Shown here piece after piece: positions 15,700 through 25,360 of a DNA stretch of 64,000 nucleotides. The stretch is taken from IMG/VR virus record IMGVR_UViG_3300036958_000855, positions 1-64,000 of that record. One strand, 5' to 3'. Within the stretch, counting starts at the first letter, position 1, and the number at the start of each line of letters is the position of its first letter. The notes below the pieces were generated by a model that was not told where the DNA came from, did no database searches, and worked only from the letters and a program-made list of their open reading frames with translations. The stretch comes from a virus. Its lineage: Duplodnaviria > Caudoviricetes. The position numbers and the translations under genes are program-made.

Positions 15700-17463
15700 C
15701 TATGCCAACTGCAACGCATTGACCGCCAAGAACGAGTCCCCATCCCCGATGTAGGTAGTCGCGGAGCCGGTACACCGGACTTCCGCGCGCACCTGGACGT
15801 TGGTGTGGTGCGTTGCGCTGTATGGGAGGCTGTACTCTCCCATCAGCGCGAACGGGCCAGGAGCGTAGATGTCGGTGACTCCGATGCGCTCCCAAGGCCA
15901 GTAGGCCAGCGTACCTGGCACCTCGCGCCACGTCGGGTCTTCGGTCGTGTACACGGTGCACCGGGCGTAGACGGCGCCAGAGCCGAGCGTCGGGTTGCGG
16001 AGCCCAGACTTCAGGTGCACAGCGAGCTTCGTGTAGTTGGGCAACGCTGGGAATGTGACCCCCAACGTCGTGGCGCCGCTGTCCTTCGTGATGGCGTGCC
16101 AATTCGAGTCGCCAGCGATGTTATCGAACGAGTCCGCGTCGTCGAACACGATGGTCTTGTGCCCGCGCACCATCGCTGCAGCGTTGTCGTCCCACGATGA
16201 CCAGTTCGAGGACGTGTTTTGCTTGTACCAGTGTTGCTCTCCGTAGAGTGCGTGCCGCGTAATCTGGATGGCTTGTTGCGTGTTGTCGTCCGCTTGCCAG
16301 GTCGGAGAACCGTAGGTGTACTCGGCGTTGATGGTGATGACTTCCATGTAGTGCGTGCGGTAGTGACGCACAATGCGATGGTTGGTTGCGCCGCTCTTCA
16401 GAAGCGTCTTCTTGATGAGAACGTAAGAGTCTGCGCCAGAGTCGTATTCCGCGTAGATGCGCGGCGACGCGATAGACGCGCAAGCCAGCGATATGCCGTC
16501 GTCCGCGACGATGTTGCTGCTGAACGTGTTCACGTCTGCCCAGGCGTTGACGGCATCAAGCACGCCACGGGCGTTGACGGCATCAAGCAACGCCACGAGT
16601 TGGTCGCGCACGGAGCCGGTCGGCAGCGACGATGGGGAACCCGTGTAGGCGTAGGAGCCAATCTTGGCGCTGCCAGACCCGAGCAGAATGTGGCACAAGG
16701 CAAGGTCCGCAACAATCTTGTCGAGCTGGTCCTCTGCCGTCGTCGCCGGGTTCGTGGTTCCGTTGTACCAGTTCGGGCCTCCCGCGTAGCTCACGCTCGT
16801 CGCGGCGACGAGCCCACCGCCCGTGCTGATGGAGTTCAGAATGTCGTAGATGTCCTGCACGACTTCGCGCATCGTGCCGCGAGCGCCGTAGTACGCGGCG
16901 CCGCTCTGGCGGAACTGCCACTGGCGCCGTGTCGTGTCGATGTCGCTGTCATTGATGGCCGTCTCGCCGTAGTTCAGCAACACGTCTGCGAGCAGCACAT
17001 AGTCGGGGTCGAGCGCCGGGCGCGTAGCCGTGCCAATGGGCGCCTCCGCGCCCTGCACGACACGGAGCACGAAGCTCTCGGCACGCTCGAAGTACACCGT
17101 CTCGCTGTTGCCGTCCGTGCGCGGGTCCGACAGCGTGCGGTCGAACCCAAGCTGGATGGACAGCCACTTCTCGTTGCCTATGTTGAGAACCGCGGTACTG
17201 ATGTCGTTGTAGTCCACGGCGCAGTCGAGGTTTTGCGTCGTGGCGAACGCGATGCGCTGGCCGTCCCCGTCGTACGCCACGCCTCCTTCCACATCTACCG
17301 TGAGGTTTGGCACCGTGTTCTCGGTGACAGTCAGCCCGTTGTAGATGCCGTCGAAGTCGGCGTCCGCCCATTGGGCGTGGTCTGCGTCTTCACAGTAGGT
17401 GAAGCCCTTGTCGAGTTCGGCCTCCGTGACACGCTGGCGGAAGTAGTAGTCGAGACGGTTCAT
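15700..17463 (-). CDS. Tail fibre / receptor-binding protein
   Basis: N-terminus MNRLDYYFRQRVTEAELD...TVDVEGGVAYDGDGQRI typical of fibre anchors; compositionally distinct C-terminus; follows the baseplate genes. Confidence 0.7.
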   Translation of the reverse strand: MNRLDYYFRQRVTEAELDKGFTYCEDADHAQWADADFDGIYNGLTVTENTVPNLTVDVEGGVAYDGDGQRIAFATTQNLDCAVDYNDISTAVLNIGNEKWLSIQLGFDRTLSDPRTDGNSETVYFERAESFVLRVVQGAEAPIGTATRPALDPDYVLLADVLLNYGETAINDSDIDTTRRQWQFRQSGAAYYGARGTMREVVQDIYDILNSISTGGGLVAATSVSYAGGPNWYNGTTNPATTAEDQLDKIVADLALCHILLGSGSAKIGSYAYTGSPSSLPTGSVRDQLVALLDAVNARGVLDAVNAWADVNTFSSNIVADDGISLACASIASPRIYAEYDSGADSYVLIKKTLLKSGATNHRIVRHYRTHYMEVITINAEYTYGSPTWQADDNTQQAIQITRHALYGEQHWYKQNTSSNWSSWDDNAAAMVRGHKTIVFDDADSFDNIAGDSNWHAITKDSGATTLGVTFPALPNYTKLAVHLKSGLRNPTLGSGAVYARCTVYTTEDPTWREVPGTLAYWPWERIGVTDIYAPGPFALMGEYSLPYSATHHTNVQVRAEVRCTGSATTYIGDGDSFLAVNALQLA

Positions 17464-17473
17464 TGCGTTCTCC

Positions 17474-18832
17474 TCAATGCAGCTCCCAGGTGTCGCCGAG
17501 GTCGCTGAGCCCAAGCTCCACGTGCTCGATGACTTCTGGCGTTGTCGGCTCCAAGAGTCGCACGAAGTGGGTATGCGCGGGCTTCATGAAGTTCACGATG
17601 TCGGTCATGCGTGCCCGCTGCTCGTCCGTGAGCGTGACCGGACAGTCCACGTCGAAGGCGTAGCGCGCCCAGCGCCCGTCTGGCCCGAGCACCCAGTCGT
17701 CCCCGAGGTAGGATTCCCCCAGGTACATCGCATCGACCGTGAACGGAACGAAGTCGATGTCGATGCCCATGAAGAAGCGAACCACGTTGGCGATGCCAGG
17801 CGCGGTCCCCGTCTGCCCGTAGATGGCGAGCAGCACGCGCACCAACCTGCGCTTGTCCACCTCGGTCAGGTCGAAGGGGAACGGGTTGCCGAGGTCCGCG
17901 AGCATGGCGTCGAGGAACTCCTCTGGCGCCGTGTCCGGGTCCAGGATGTCGCTGTAGCTGTCGAGGTCGTACAGAAGCACGTTCACGACCTCTTGCAAGC
18001 ACGAGAGGAACCGAAGCATGTCGCCCGTGCCGAAGCGGTCCTCTGCTCGGTTGATGGCTGGCATCATGGAATACAAGTCGAAGTCGCGCCCGGCAGGCGC
18101 CGCGGGCGTCACTGCCGTGAACAGCGCTGCGTTCGTTGGCGCCTCGACCGCGTTGCCATCCGTGTCCTCCACATCCGTCACAACCAGCATGTAGACCATG
18201 CCGAAGGTCAGCTCGGACGCGAACGTGAGGTCCACCGTGGTCGAGTTGACACTTGCCACGGACGCCACGGCTGGCTCGTACGCGGGCGCGCCTTGCGCAA
18301 GCACGAGGTAGTTGAGCGGGTTCAGCGCGTCGTTCGTGGCGCTGGCGTCTGCCTGCTGCACATCGTCGTCCCATGCGACGCGCACTACCCGCGGGGTGCG
18401 CGCGCTCACGGCAACGATGGATGGAGCCAGCACGTCTTCCAATGTGAACGTGTAGGTCGTGTCGAGCGACGCGCCGAGGTCGCTCGTGGCGGTGACCACG
18501 CGCACCGTGACCGTGAGCCCGGCGAACGCGGCGACCTTGACGATGTTGAAGGCGAAGCCACTCAGGTGCACCGACACGGAGCCCGTGAAGCCAGACTGGA
18601 ACCCGCCAGCGCCACCATCGTACGCGAGCGCCCCATCCACCCACACCTGCGTGTAGGAAAGCGAGAGGTCCGCGCCAACGAGGTCGAGCGCGTGGAAGGC
18701 GATGCTCGTGTCGATGGCAACGTCGGCCTCGTTCGGCTCCGGGTCGAGGTTCACGAGCCGGATGCGGTCGCCTCCGCCATCTGCCACGAGGGCGTCGAAG
18801 TAGACAGCCGGGATGAACAGCTCGAAGCTCAT
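17474..18832 (-). CDS. Baseplate wedge/tail protein (P2 gpI-like C-terminus) with Ig-like domains
   Basis: LDPDTAPEEFLDAMLADLG...IYGQTGTAPGI...FMKPAHT. Confidence 0.75.
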   Translation of the reverse strand: MSFELFIPAVYFDALVADGGGDRIRLVNLDPEPNEADVAIDTSIAFHALDLVGADLSLSYTQVWVDGALAYDGGAGGFQSGFTGSVSVHLSGFAFNIVKVAAFAGLTVTVRVVTATSDLGASLDTTYTFTLEDVLAPSIVAVSARTPRVVRVAWDDDVQQADASATNDALNPLNYLVLAQGAPAYEPAVASVASVNSTTVDLTFASELTFGMVYMLVVTDVEDTDGNAVEAPTNAALFTAVTPAAPAGRDFDLYSMMPAINRAEDRFGTGDMLRFLSCLQEVVNVLLYDLDSYSDILDPDTAPEEFLDAMLADLGNPFPFDLTEVDKRRLVRVLLAIYGQTGTAPGIANVVRFFMGIDIDFVPFTVDAMYLGESYLGDDWVLGPDGRWARYAFDVDCPVTLTDEQRARMTDIVNFMKPAHTHFVRLLEPTTPEVIEHVELGLSDLGDTWELH

Positions 18833-19227
18833 GCGGCCTCCACCTTGAGCGTGAAGCGCAGCTCCTGGTCGCCCGTGAGCTGCGACACGTCGATGGCGCC
18901 AGCCACCATGTCACGTGTTCTTCCGGGCGCCAGCACGCGGCGCCCGTGCTCCGTGGCGCCAACGCCCCAAACGAACGCCCAGCGGGCGCCCGCTGGCACG
19001 CTCGGCGGTGGGCGCAAGCGCGCCTGGAACGTGACACACCGCAGACCAGACACGTCCGCCGTCTGGTAGAGCCGAATCTCGTCGCCTACGTTCAGTTCGT
19101 AGGCGTGCCCTGGCTCGTCGAACCCAAGGCACACCACCCAGTCCCCGTCAGGCGGTTCCCACCCGGTAGGCTGGATGCGCCCAGCCCATACTCCTGGCAT
19201 CAGACCGAGAGGCGGTGCGTCGCTCAT
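18829..19227 (-). CDS. Hypothetical virion protein
   Basis: Coupled ORF in the baseplate operon, beta-rich. Confidence 0.55.
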   Translation of the reverse strand: MSDAPPLGLMPGVWAGRIQPTGWEPPDGDWVVCLGFDEPGHAYELNVGDEIRLYQTADVSGLRCVTFQARLRPPPSVPAGARWAFVWGVGATEHGRRVLAPGRTRDMVAGAIDVSQLTGDQELRFTLKVEAA

Positions 19228-19922
19228 AGCTGCCTCAACACCTCAATGGTATCGAAGAACCCGCGCCGCGACACGTCCTTCGATGCGAACGCGAACCCGG
19301 CGCGCCCGCTCGTGTAGGGTGGCGACCCCGTGTTGATGCCAAGCGCGTCGTCCACGAAGGAGTCCATCCCGGCGACCGCAGCCCAAACCGGGCTCAAGCA
19401 CGAGTTGGCGGTGAGGTCGTTCTGGTACACGTTGAGCACCACGTCACCGCTGACGTTGACCACCATGTCGAGGCGCAAGTGCGTCCACGCGCCCTCTGCC
19501 ACGCTCGCGGTCGAGCGGCGCAAGATGCCCAGCGTCCCCGTGGCGCCGTCCGGGATGCCTCCGCTGAGCTGCCCCTTGCGCAACGCGATTCGGCTCGGGT
19601 TGGCGTCCTGCAAGCCGAGCATGTAGCAGTTGCCACTCACGTCGGTGCCGCCGAGGCCGATGAACAGGAACGGGGTGAAGTTGGTGCGCCCGGCGCTGAC
19701 GCCGCGCTGCACGCAGCCGCGCACGCTTCCCCCCTTCGCCATCGGCGCGAAGTTGGTCTGGTTGGTGAAGAAGCCGACCGCTCCCGCAAGAACATCGAGC
19801 GAGTTGAAGCCGAAGATGAAGGTGCCACCTCCGTTCGGCGCCGTGATGCCTCCGGTGATGCCGCGGCTGACGGAGCCGCTGCTCAGTCCGCCACCTAGTT
19901 CTGTCCAATCAGCCTGGGCCAT
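19224..19922 (-). CDS. Hypothetical virion protein (beta-sandwich-like)
   Basis: Coupled ORF with SD in the baseplate operon. Confidence 0.6.
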   Translation of the reverse strand: MAQADWTELGGGLSSGSVSRGITGGITAPNGGGTFIFGFNSLDVLAGAVGFFTNQTNFAPMAKGGSVRGCVQRGVSAGRTNFTPFLFIGLGGTDVSGNCYMLGLQDANPSRIALRKGQLSGGIPDGATGTLGILRRSTASVAEGAWTHLRLDMVVNVSGDVVLNVYQNDLTANSCLSPVWAAVAGMDSFVDDALGINTGSPPYTSGRAGFAFASKDVSRRGFFDTIEVLRQL

Positions 19923-19934
19923 GGGTTGCTCCTC

Positions 19935-20765
19935 CTAGACGTTCACCGTCCATATCCAGTGGACGGCTGGGTCGCCGTGCACGTAGTTGATTCCGATGCC
20001 GTAGTCCGTGATGTTCTCGACTGGCGTGCCCGCGGGGTTGAGGCTTGACGTGAACGTGTCCGCGTCGATGTAGGTGGCATAGTAGCGGTTTGACTCTGCT
20101 AATGGCGCTGGCAGCACGCCTCCCGCGACGAAGTAGTGTGGCTCGTGCACGGAGCCGCCGAACATGTTGTGCGGTCCCGCCGTCGTGATGTAGTTGAGCG
20201 TGGTGTCCACGCTGAACGCATGCTGAGGGCGGTATTGCAAGAAGCCCTCGTAAGTCGCATAGATGACCGACCCGCCTCCGCTCATGTACGCATACTGCGC
20301 GCTCTGAACGGCGATTAGCTCGGTGACGTATGCGTTGTCCCATCCTTCCAGCGCGTCGAAGGTCTCCACCGCACGCGTCGTGAACCAGTAGCGTGCTTCC
20401 GCAAGGTCGCCTGGGTCAAACGTGGTCTTCCACACTCCCCACTCGCAGTCGTCAATCGGGTCCGCACCCCCGTTGTAGAGGGCAGTCTCGGCCAAAGACA
20501 GCTCCGTGAGCCATGGCACGTTGTCCCAATACATCTCGAACCCTTCGCGTGGGAGCAGTTGGTACTCGGCGCCGTCCAGGTCCGTGCTCGCGAAGGCGCC
20601 GAGGTACGTGGCGTCCCACCCCTCGTCTGCGGAAAACCGCTCCCAAGGAAGGTCGCTGTACGTGGCGATGCGCGCCGCGGTGCACACCACGCTCGCGTCC
20701 CAATCTAGCGGAATCCCCGGCGTCGCCGAAGCGGTCTCGAAGCTCAGGTTGCTTGGGGCTGGCAT
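19935..20765 (-). CDS. Hypothetical virion protein (aromatic/acidic)
   Basis: Coupled to the gpJ stop; SNLSFE N-terminus. Confidence 0.6.
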   Translation of the reverse strand: MPAPSNLSFETASATPGIPLDWDASVVCTAARIATYSDLPWERFSADEGWDATYLGAFASTDLDGAEYQLLPREGFEMYWDNVPWLTELSLAETALYNGGADPIDDCEWGVWKTTFDPGDLAEARYWFTTRAVETFDALEGWDNAYVTELIAVQSAQYAYMSGGGSVIYATYEGFLQYRPQHAFSVDTTLNYITTAGPHNMFGGSVHEPHYFVAGGVLPAPLAESNRYYATYIDADTFTSSLNPAGTPVENITDYGIGINYVHGDPAVHWIWTVNV

Positions 20766-22267
20766 CAGAGCGTCTCCCCGGTATCACCGTCAATGAGCGT
20801 GACCGTGCCGAGCACGGGGAACTCGTGGTAGTCGAGTGCCACGTCTAGGTGCTCGCCATTCAGCAAGAAGCCCGTCGATGTCGCGTCCACCTTTCGCACG
20901 CCAGACACGTCCCGCACCACGTTGTGCACATCCGACCAAGCGATGCCGTCGAGCGGGTTGCCGTCCGCGTCCTTGAGGTTGCCGCCGAAGTCCACGTTGG
21001 TGTTGGGCGTGCCGTCTTCGTTCGAGATGGCGAAGAACGCGGCAAGCGCGTCCCCGATGTCCGCCTTCACGGTCGCCGGAACCGCGCCCTGGCGCAGGTA
21101 GACGACGGCTTGCACGTCCACGGTCAGGTACACGGGGTCGTAGACCATCGGCTGGAACGTGAGCGTGCATGGGTACGTGACTGTCACGGCGACGAGTACC
21201 GCTGCCTTGAGCGCGCTGCTTGGCGCGCCTCCGCCAGTCGGCACGATGTAGAGGATGCCGGTGTTCTCCTCCACGGCGTCGGACTCGTTCGACGTGAGCA
21301 TGAGCGCCCGCGCCACGCCGTCCACGCGCAAGGCGACAGTCTCGAAGTCCGCCTTGCTCACGCATCGCGTGAGCGCCCGAAGGCTTGCTGGTGCGTAGAG
21401 CCGTATCTGCTGGTTCGTCTCGCGGTCAGTCCCGCCACTTGCGGGCGCCGGGTTCGTCACGCGCACGATGACCGGGGTGGCACCAGCGGTGAACACGCCA
21501 GATACGCGGTTGATGGCGCTCGCGGCGACATTCCCCTTCGTGCCTCCCCCAACCTTGTAGTCAAGAGTCACGGTTCCGGTTGGCACGGCGCCGTTGATGC
21601 CATTGCCGAAGCGCACCGTGGCGCGGTCGTTCTGGTCCACCGCAACCGTGAAGTGCCGCTGCGCCGAGGTCGAGGAGAGGAAGTTGTCCACCTCCGTGTA
21701 CGAACCGTTCCCCGCAACGATGACGAGCGACCCGTCCAGGAACGGGGTAGTCCCGAGCGTGAACTCCTGGTTTGCGAGCCCGGTAGACACGAACGTCTCG
21801 GTGACGTTGCGCGAGTGCTCCACGGTTCCGGTCACGCTCGTGCTGCCTGCGGGGATGGTTCTTGCGCTCAGAAGCTGGAACTCGATGGGCTCGGCAATCT
21901 CGGACGTGGCGCAGATGGTCCCCTCCGGGATGCTCACGGCGTCGCCCATGGCAGACGCGATGCTGAACAAGACGTCGGCGGTCGCCGCGTTGGCGCCGGA
22001 TGGCTCGTACCCGATGAGCTTGCATAGCCCGAGCAAGCTCTTGCGCTGCGTTGCAGTGATGATGCGGCTCTCACGTGCGTTCGCGTCCATGTAGTAGCAG
22101 AGCACGTCGCCAACGAAGCAGAACAACTCCACGAGGATGTCGCCGAAGTTGGCAATGGCGTAGTCCGTCCACTCTGGGAACACGGACTTGAGCAGGGCGA
22201 ACAGGCGCTCCCGCAAGGCGTCGAAGTCCTTGTCGGTATAGTCGAGGTTGGGCGGTAGCAGTGCCAT
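20765..22267 (-). CDS. Baseplate J/gp47-like wedge protein
   Basis: LDYTDKDFDAL...PEWTD, ATVRFGNGINGAVP, ASGGTDRET, RCVSKADFETVA. Confidence 0.9.
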   Translation of the reverse strand: MALLPPNLDYTDKDFDALRERLFALLKSVFPEWTDYAIANFGDILVELFCFVGDVLCYYMDANARESRIITATQRKSLLGLCKLIGYEPSGANAATADVLFSIASAMGDAVSIPEGTICATSEIAEPIEFQLLSARTIPAGSTSVTGTVEHSRNVTETFVSTGLANQEFTLGTTPFLDGSLVIVAGNGSYTEVDNFLSSTSAQRHFTVAVDQNDRATVRFGNGINGAVPTGTVTLDYKVGGGTKGNVAASAINRVSGVFTAGATPVIVRVTNPAPASGGTDRETNQQIRLYAPASLRALTRCVSKADFETVALRVDGVARALMLTSNESDAVEENTGILYIVPTGGGAPSSALKAAVLVAVTVTYPCTLTFQPMVYDPVYLTVDVQAVVYLRQGAVPATVKADIGDALAAFFAISNEDGTPNTNVDFGGNLKDADGNPLDGIAWSDVHNVVRDVSGVRKVDATSTGFLLNGEHLDVALDYHEFPVLGTVTLIDGDTGETL

Positions 22268-22276
22268 TGGGTTCTC

Positions 22277-22828
22277 CTAGCTCTCCGGGATGACGTCTTC
22301 GATTGGAGGGGCTGTGCCAGATTCCGACACTACGACCCGCTGCGTGATGTCCTCGACCACGACCTCGCCGGTCACCACGAAGTCGTAGCGCACCGACACG
22401 ACCAACACGTCTTCCCCACCGACTCCCGCGTGCGGCGAGCGCTCTCGCGTGATGATGACGGACTTCACCCGCACCCGCGGTTCCCATCGCGCGAGCGCGT
22501 CCGCCACGTAGACGCGCGCGAGCTGCGCCGTCACGGGGTCGTTGGCGCGGTGCCGCAGCAGGGTGAGCAGACTCCCGAACTCCGGGCGCCACGGAAGTTC
22601 CCCTTGCGTGGTCTGGCTCGACCCGACCGTGCCAAGCACCTGGCCTACGCACGCACGCACGAGCGCCACGCCCTCCGCGGTAGCGAAGTCACCCTTCTGG
22701 TCGCGCACGAATGGACGAACAAGCCCGAACCCGAGGAACGACTTCCCGGCAAGCGCATACGGGCGCGTCGTGCCAGCAGATACCCCGCTGACCGATGGCG
22801 TGACGCTATATCCCCAAGTCGTTCCCAT
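22277..22828 (-). CDS. GPW/gp25 baseplate wedge protein
   Basis: GELPWRPEFGSLL...ALARWEPRVRV. Confidence 0.9.
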   Translation of the reverse strand: MGTTWGYSVTPSVSGVSAGTTRPYALAGKSFLGFGLVRPFVRDQKGDFATAEGVALVRACVGQVLGTVGSSQTTQGELPWRPEFGSLLTLLRHRANDPVTAQLARVYVADALARWEPRVRVKSVIITRERSPHAGVGGEDVLVVSVRYDFVVTGEVVVEDITQRVVVSESGTAPPIEDVIPES

Positions 22829-22832
22829 GGCC

Positions 22833-23639
22833 TCAGTCCTCCATCACGAGGGTGCCAGCTTCGTTGCCCTCTGCGTCGATGGCGAAAACCTTGAATGTTG
22901 GCGAGCTGGGCCACCCGCCCGTGCGCAGGATGCTGTACTGCCACCCATCATCGAGCGCGGTGCGGTACGAGGTCGCGGCGTAGTAGGCGGTCCACGAGTC
23001 CCCATCGTGCGCGACCTCGGCGACCCCGGTTCGCGGGAAGTAGATTGCGACGAGGATGCGCCGGAACCCTTCTGGAGCGCCAGGACCTGGCTCATCCGTC
23101 ACCCGAAACGTGACTGGCTGCGTGCGCGAGATGGTCTGGTTTGGCGCCGGGCTGGCATTCTTCACCACAGGTCCGTAGACGCCTGGGGTGTCGCCGGTCG
23201 TAGTTGCCGACTGCTCGGCGGTGTTCGTGTCGGTGTTGCCAGATGCGTCCCGCGCCCGCACGCGGAAGAAGTAGGTGCGCAGCGGCAACAGCCCGTCGAT
23301 GTCGAACGAGCACGGGATGGGAATCTCCATGGCCTCCCAACCGGGAGGGAGCACGTCGGCAGCGTGCACGACGCGGTGTACCTCGAACGCGGCGCCGGGC
23401 TCGTAGCTCACGTGCACCTCGTACCAGATGGCATCTATCGCGGTCACTTCGTCGATTGCCGCATCCCAGGTGAGCCGCGCCGTCCTGCTCGTGAGCGCCG
23501 TGGCGCTCGTGATTCCGCCAAAAGTTGGTGGGTCCGTGTCTTGTGTAGCGAATACTATCTGCGTTCGCGTGACCTTGTTTCCAGCGGTGCGCCTTCCTGG
23601 CTCCGCGCTTGGAACGAGCTGTATGCGGTCAACAGTCAT
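22833..23639 (-). CDS. Fibronectin type III domain virion protein
   Basis: DPPTFGG...ARLTWDAA...Y...GLLPLRTYFFRVRARDASGN; ATGA overlap at 23636-23639. Confidence 0.75.
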   Translation of the reverse strand: MTVDRIQLVPSAEPGRRTAGNKVTRTQIVFATQDTDPPTFGGITSATALTSRTARLTWDAAIDEVTAIDAIWYEVHVSYEPGAAFEVHRVVHAADVLPPGWEAMEIPIPCSFDIDGLLPLRTYFFRVRARDASGNTDTNTAEQSATTTGDTPGVYGPVVKNASPAPNQTISRTQPVTFRVTDEPGPGAPEGFRRILVAIYFPRTGVAEVAHDGDSWTAYYAATSYRTALDDGWQYSILRTGGWPSSPTFKVFAIDAEGNEAGTLVMED

Positions 23640-24601
23640 ATCAGCACCGCACTTGGCGCGGGCCACCAGAACGCACCGAACTTCACGCTTTGGTATGGCG
23701 GACCAGACAGCGGCTCTACCGTGTTTTGCGCAAGGCCGTCTGGCGCGAAGTAGATGTCGATTAGGCGCCCGCGGAACGCTTGCTTTCCCGCAGTTGAAGC
23801 CCATACGTACGCCGGAAAGTCCGGAGATGGCTGTGCTGCATCCCAATCGTCGAGAGTGAATGTCGCGAAGATGCTTGAGTTGTAGTAGTATGGCGGCATC
23901 GGGTGCGCCATGGTTGTCGTACCATCTTGGTGGTACAAGTAGAGGGTACTAGCCGTTGCCGAGATTGTTTGCACTATTGCGGAACTGTTTTTCAGGTACA
24001 AGGCACACGGCATGTCCCCGGAACGCGGGTTCGACAACTCCAGTAGCCCGTACGATTGCACCGGCCAGATATGACCAGACCCGTCCGTGAATAGTGCGTA
24101 CCAACACCCAGACTCCGCGATTCCCAGCGTTATCTTGTATGGTCGCGCATAGCCGTCGTAGCGCCCGCACACGTCCACGTTTCCAGTATCTATGGTTTTC
24201 CCGCTGAACGTCGGGGGAGTGGTTTGCGCTCCTCCGACTGGCGCGTTGTCAGTTACGACAAAGCGTCCTCCCCCATACGTTCCAGATATGATCACGGTTA
24301 CCCAGATGTTCGCGAACGCGGTTTCAGCAGGACCACGTAGACAGTACCAGTTACCTACCGAGAACGACGTTGTGTCCACACTGCCCCACCGATCAATGCC
24401 GTCCATTCCTCCGCCCTTCACACCCTTGGGGCCACCACTCCCCTCCAGTGTCCACTCTGTGGCAAGCGGCGCGTAGGTGCCAACCAGCGCGTCCTTGGTC
24501 GCCATCAGAAAGCCCACCTTGTTGCGAAAGTGGTCACCCGTGGTAGAACAGTATGCGTCGTTGCCGGTGGAAAAGTCCCATGTTCGTTCGAATGTAGTCA
24601 T
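23636..24601 (-). CDS. Hypothetical tail-associated protein with atypical codon usage
   Basis: Open 321-aa frame with many A/T-ending codons, unlike its neighbours. Confidence 0.65.
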   Translation of the reverse strand: MTTFERTWDFSTGNDAYCSTTGDHFRNKVGFLMATKDALVGTYAPLATEWTLEGSGGPKGVKGGGMDGIDRWGSVDTTSFSVGNWYCLRGPAETAFANIWVTVIISGTYGGGRFVVTDNAPVGGAQTTPPTFSGKTIDTGNVDVCGRYDGYARPYKITLGIAESGCWYALFTDGSGHIWPVQSYGLLELSNPRSGDMPCALYLKNSSAIVQTISATASTLYLYHQDGTTTMAHPMPPYYYNSSIFATFTLDDWDAAQPSPDFPAYVWASTAGKQAFRGRLIDIYFAPDGLAQNTVEPLSGPPYQSVKFGAFWWPAPSAVLI

Positions 24602-24608
24602 CGCTTAC

Positions 24609-25355
24609 CTACGGAATTGCCACATACAACGCCCGCAAGGCGCTGATGAGAGCGTCGATGGGAGCGAGTGCAGCTTCCGCACTCTCCCCAAGGTCGTCGA
24701 GTGTTGGGACTTCCGGGAGCCCGGCGAGCCCTGCAAGCAGGTTGAGCAGGCCAATGAGGCGGTTCAGCGGCGCTGCGCCGTTGCCCATGGCCTGGAATTG
24801 AAGGTCGAGGGATGCTTGGGCGCAGTCCACCGCGACCTGGAGATCGAGCGACCCGAGCGCCGTGGCGCGCGCGCCAGACAGGTCGATGCGCGCCTGGGCG
24901 TCGATGATGGCTTGGAGCTGCGCCCGGAAGCCAATGACGAAGAGGAGCAGCACGGACACGATGCCCTTGAGCAAGATGGGTATGCTGAGCTGCGGAATCA
25001 TCAGCTTGAACTTGTCGAGCTTGGGCAGCATCGCGTCTATCTTCGCGGCAATCTTGGGCGGGTTGAGGGACAGAACCGCGTCGAAGATTGCCTTGAAGGT
25101 GAGCAACAGGTCGATGAGGTCGAACAGCGGAACGAGTGGCATGAGCGCCGCGTTCACCTCTCCCAGGAACTTGCCCGTCAGGTCGCCGGGGTTCGGCACC
25201 TTGAGCCCGGCAAGCGCGCTGAGGTTCACGCCTCCGGGGAACGTGATATTGAGCCCGCTCAGGTCGAGCCCGCCCAGGTCGATGTTCAGGCGCACGTCGA
25301 GCCCGGTGTTGATGTCCAGCTCGATGCAGGCGTCAGACGGGCTCGGTAGAGGCAT
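24609..25355 (-). CDS. Hydrophobic helical protein downstream of the spike gene
   Basis: Leu/Ile/Ala-rich with TM-like stretches (ILLKGIVSVLLLFVIGF). Confidence 0.6.
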   Translation of the reverse strand: MPLPSPSDACIELDINTGLDVRLNIDLGGLDLSGLNITFPGGVNLSALAGLKVPNPGDLTGKFLGEVNAALMPLVPLFDLIDLLLTFKAIFDAVLSLNPPKIAAKIDAMLPKLDKFKLMIPQLSIPILLKGIVSVLLLFVIGFRAQLQAIIDAQARIDLSGARATALGSLDLQVAVDCAQASLDLQFQAMGNGAAPLNRLIGLLNLLAGLAGLPEVPTLDDLGESAEAALAPIDALISALRALYVAIP

Positions 25356-25360
25356 GGCGA

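Noticed and set aside
15700-17463. Diversity-generating retroelement target in the tail fibre
   Set aside because: No reverse transcriptase and no template/variable repeat pair differing at adenines seen in the window
17477-19069. Long plus-strand ORFs opposite structural genes (also 33193-35688, 43840-45459, 51375-52931, 7082-8509)
   Set aside because: Antisense shadows of GC3-rich genes, with no SD, motifs or operon context
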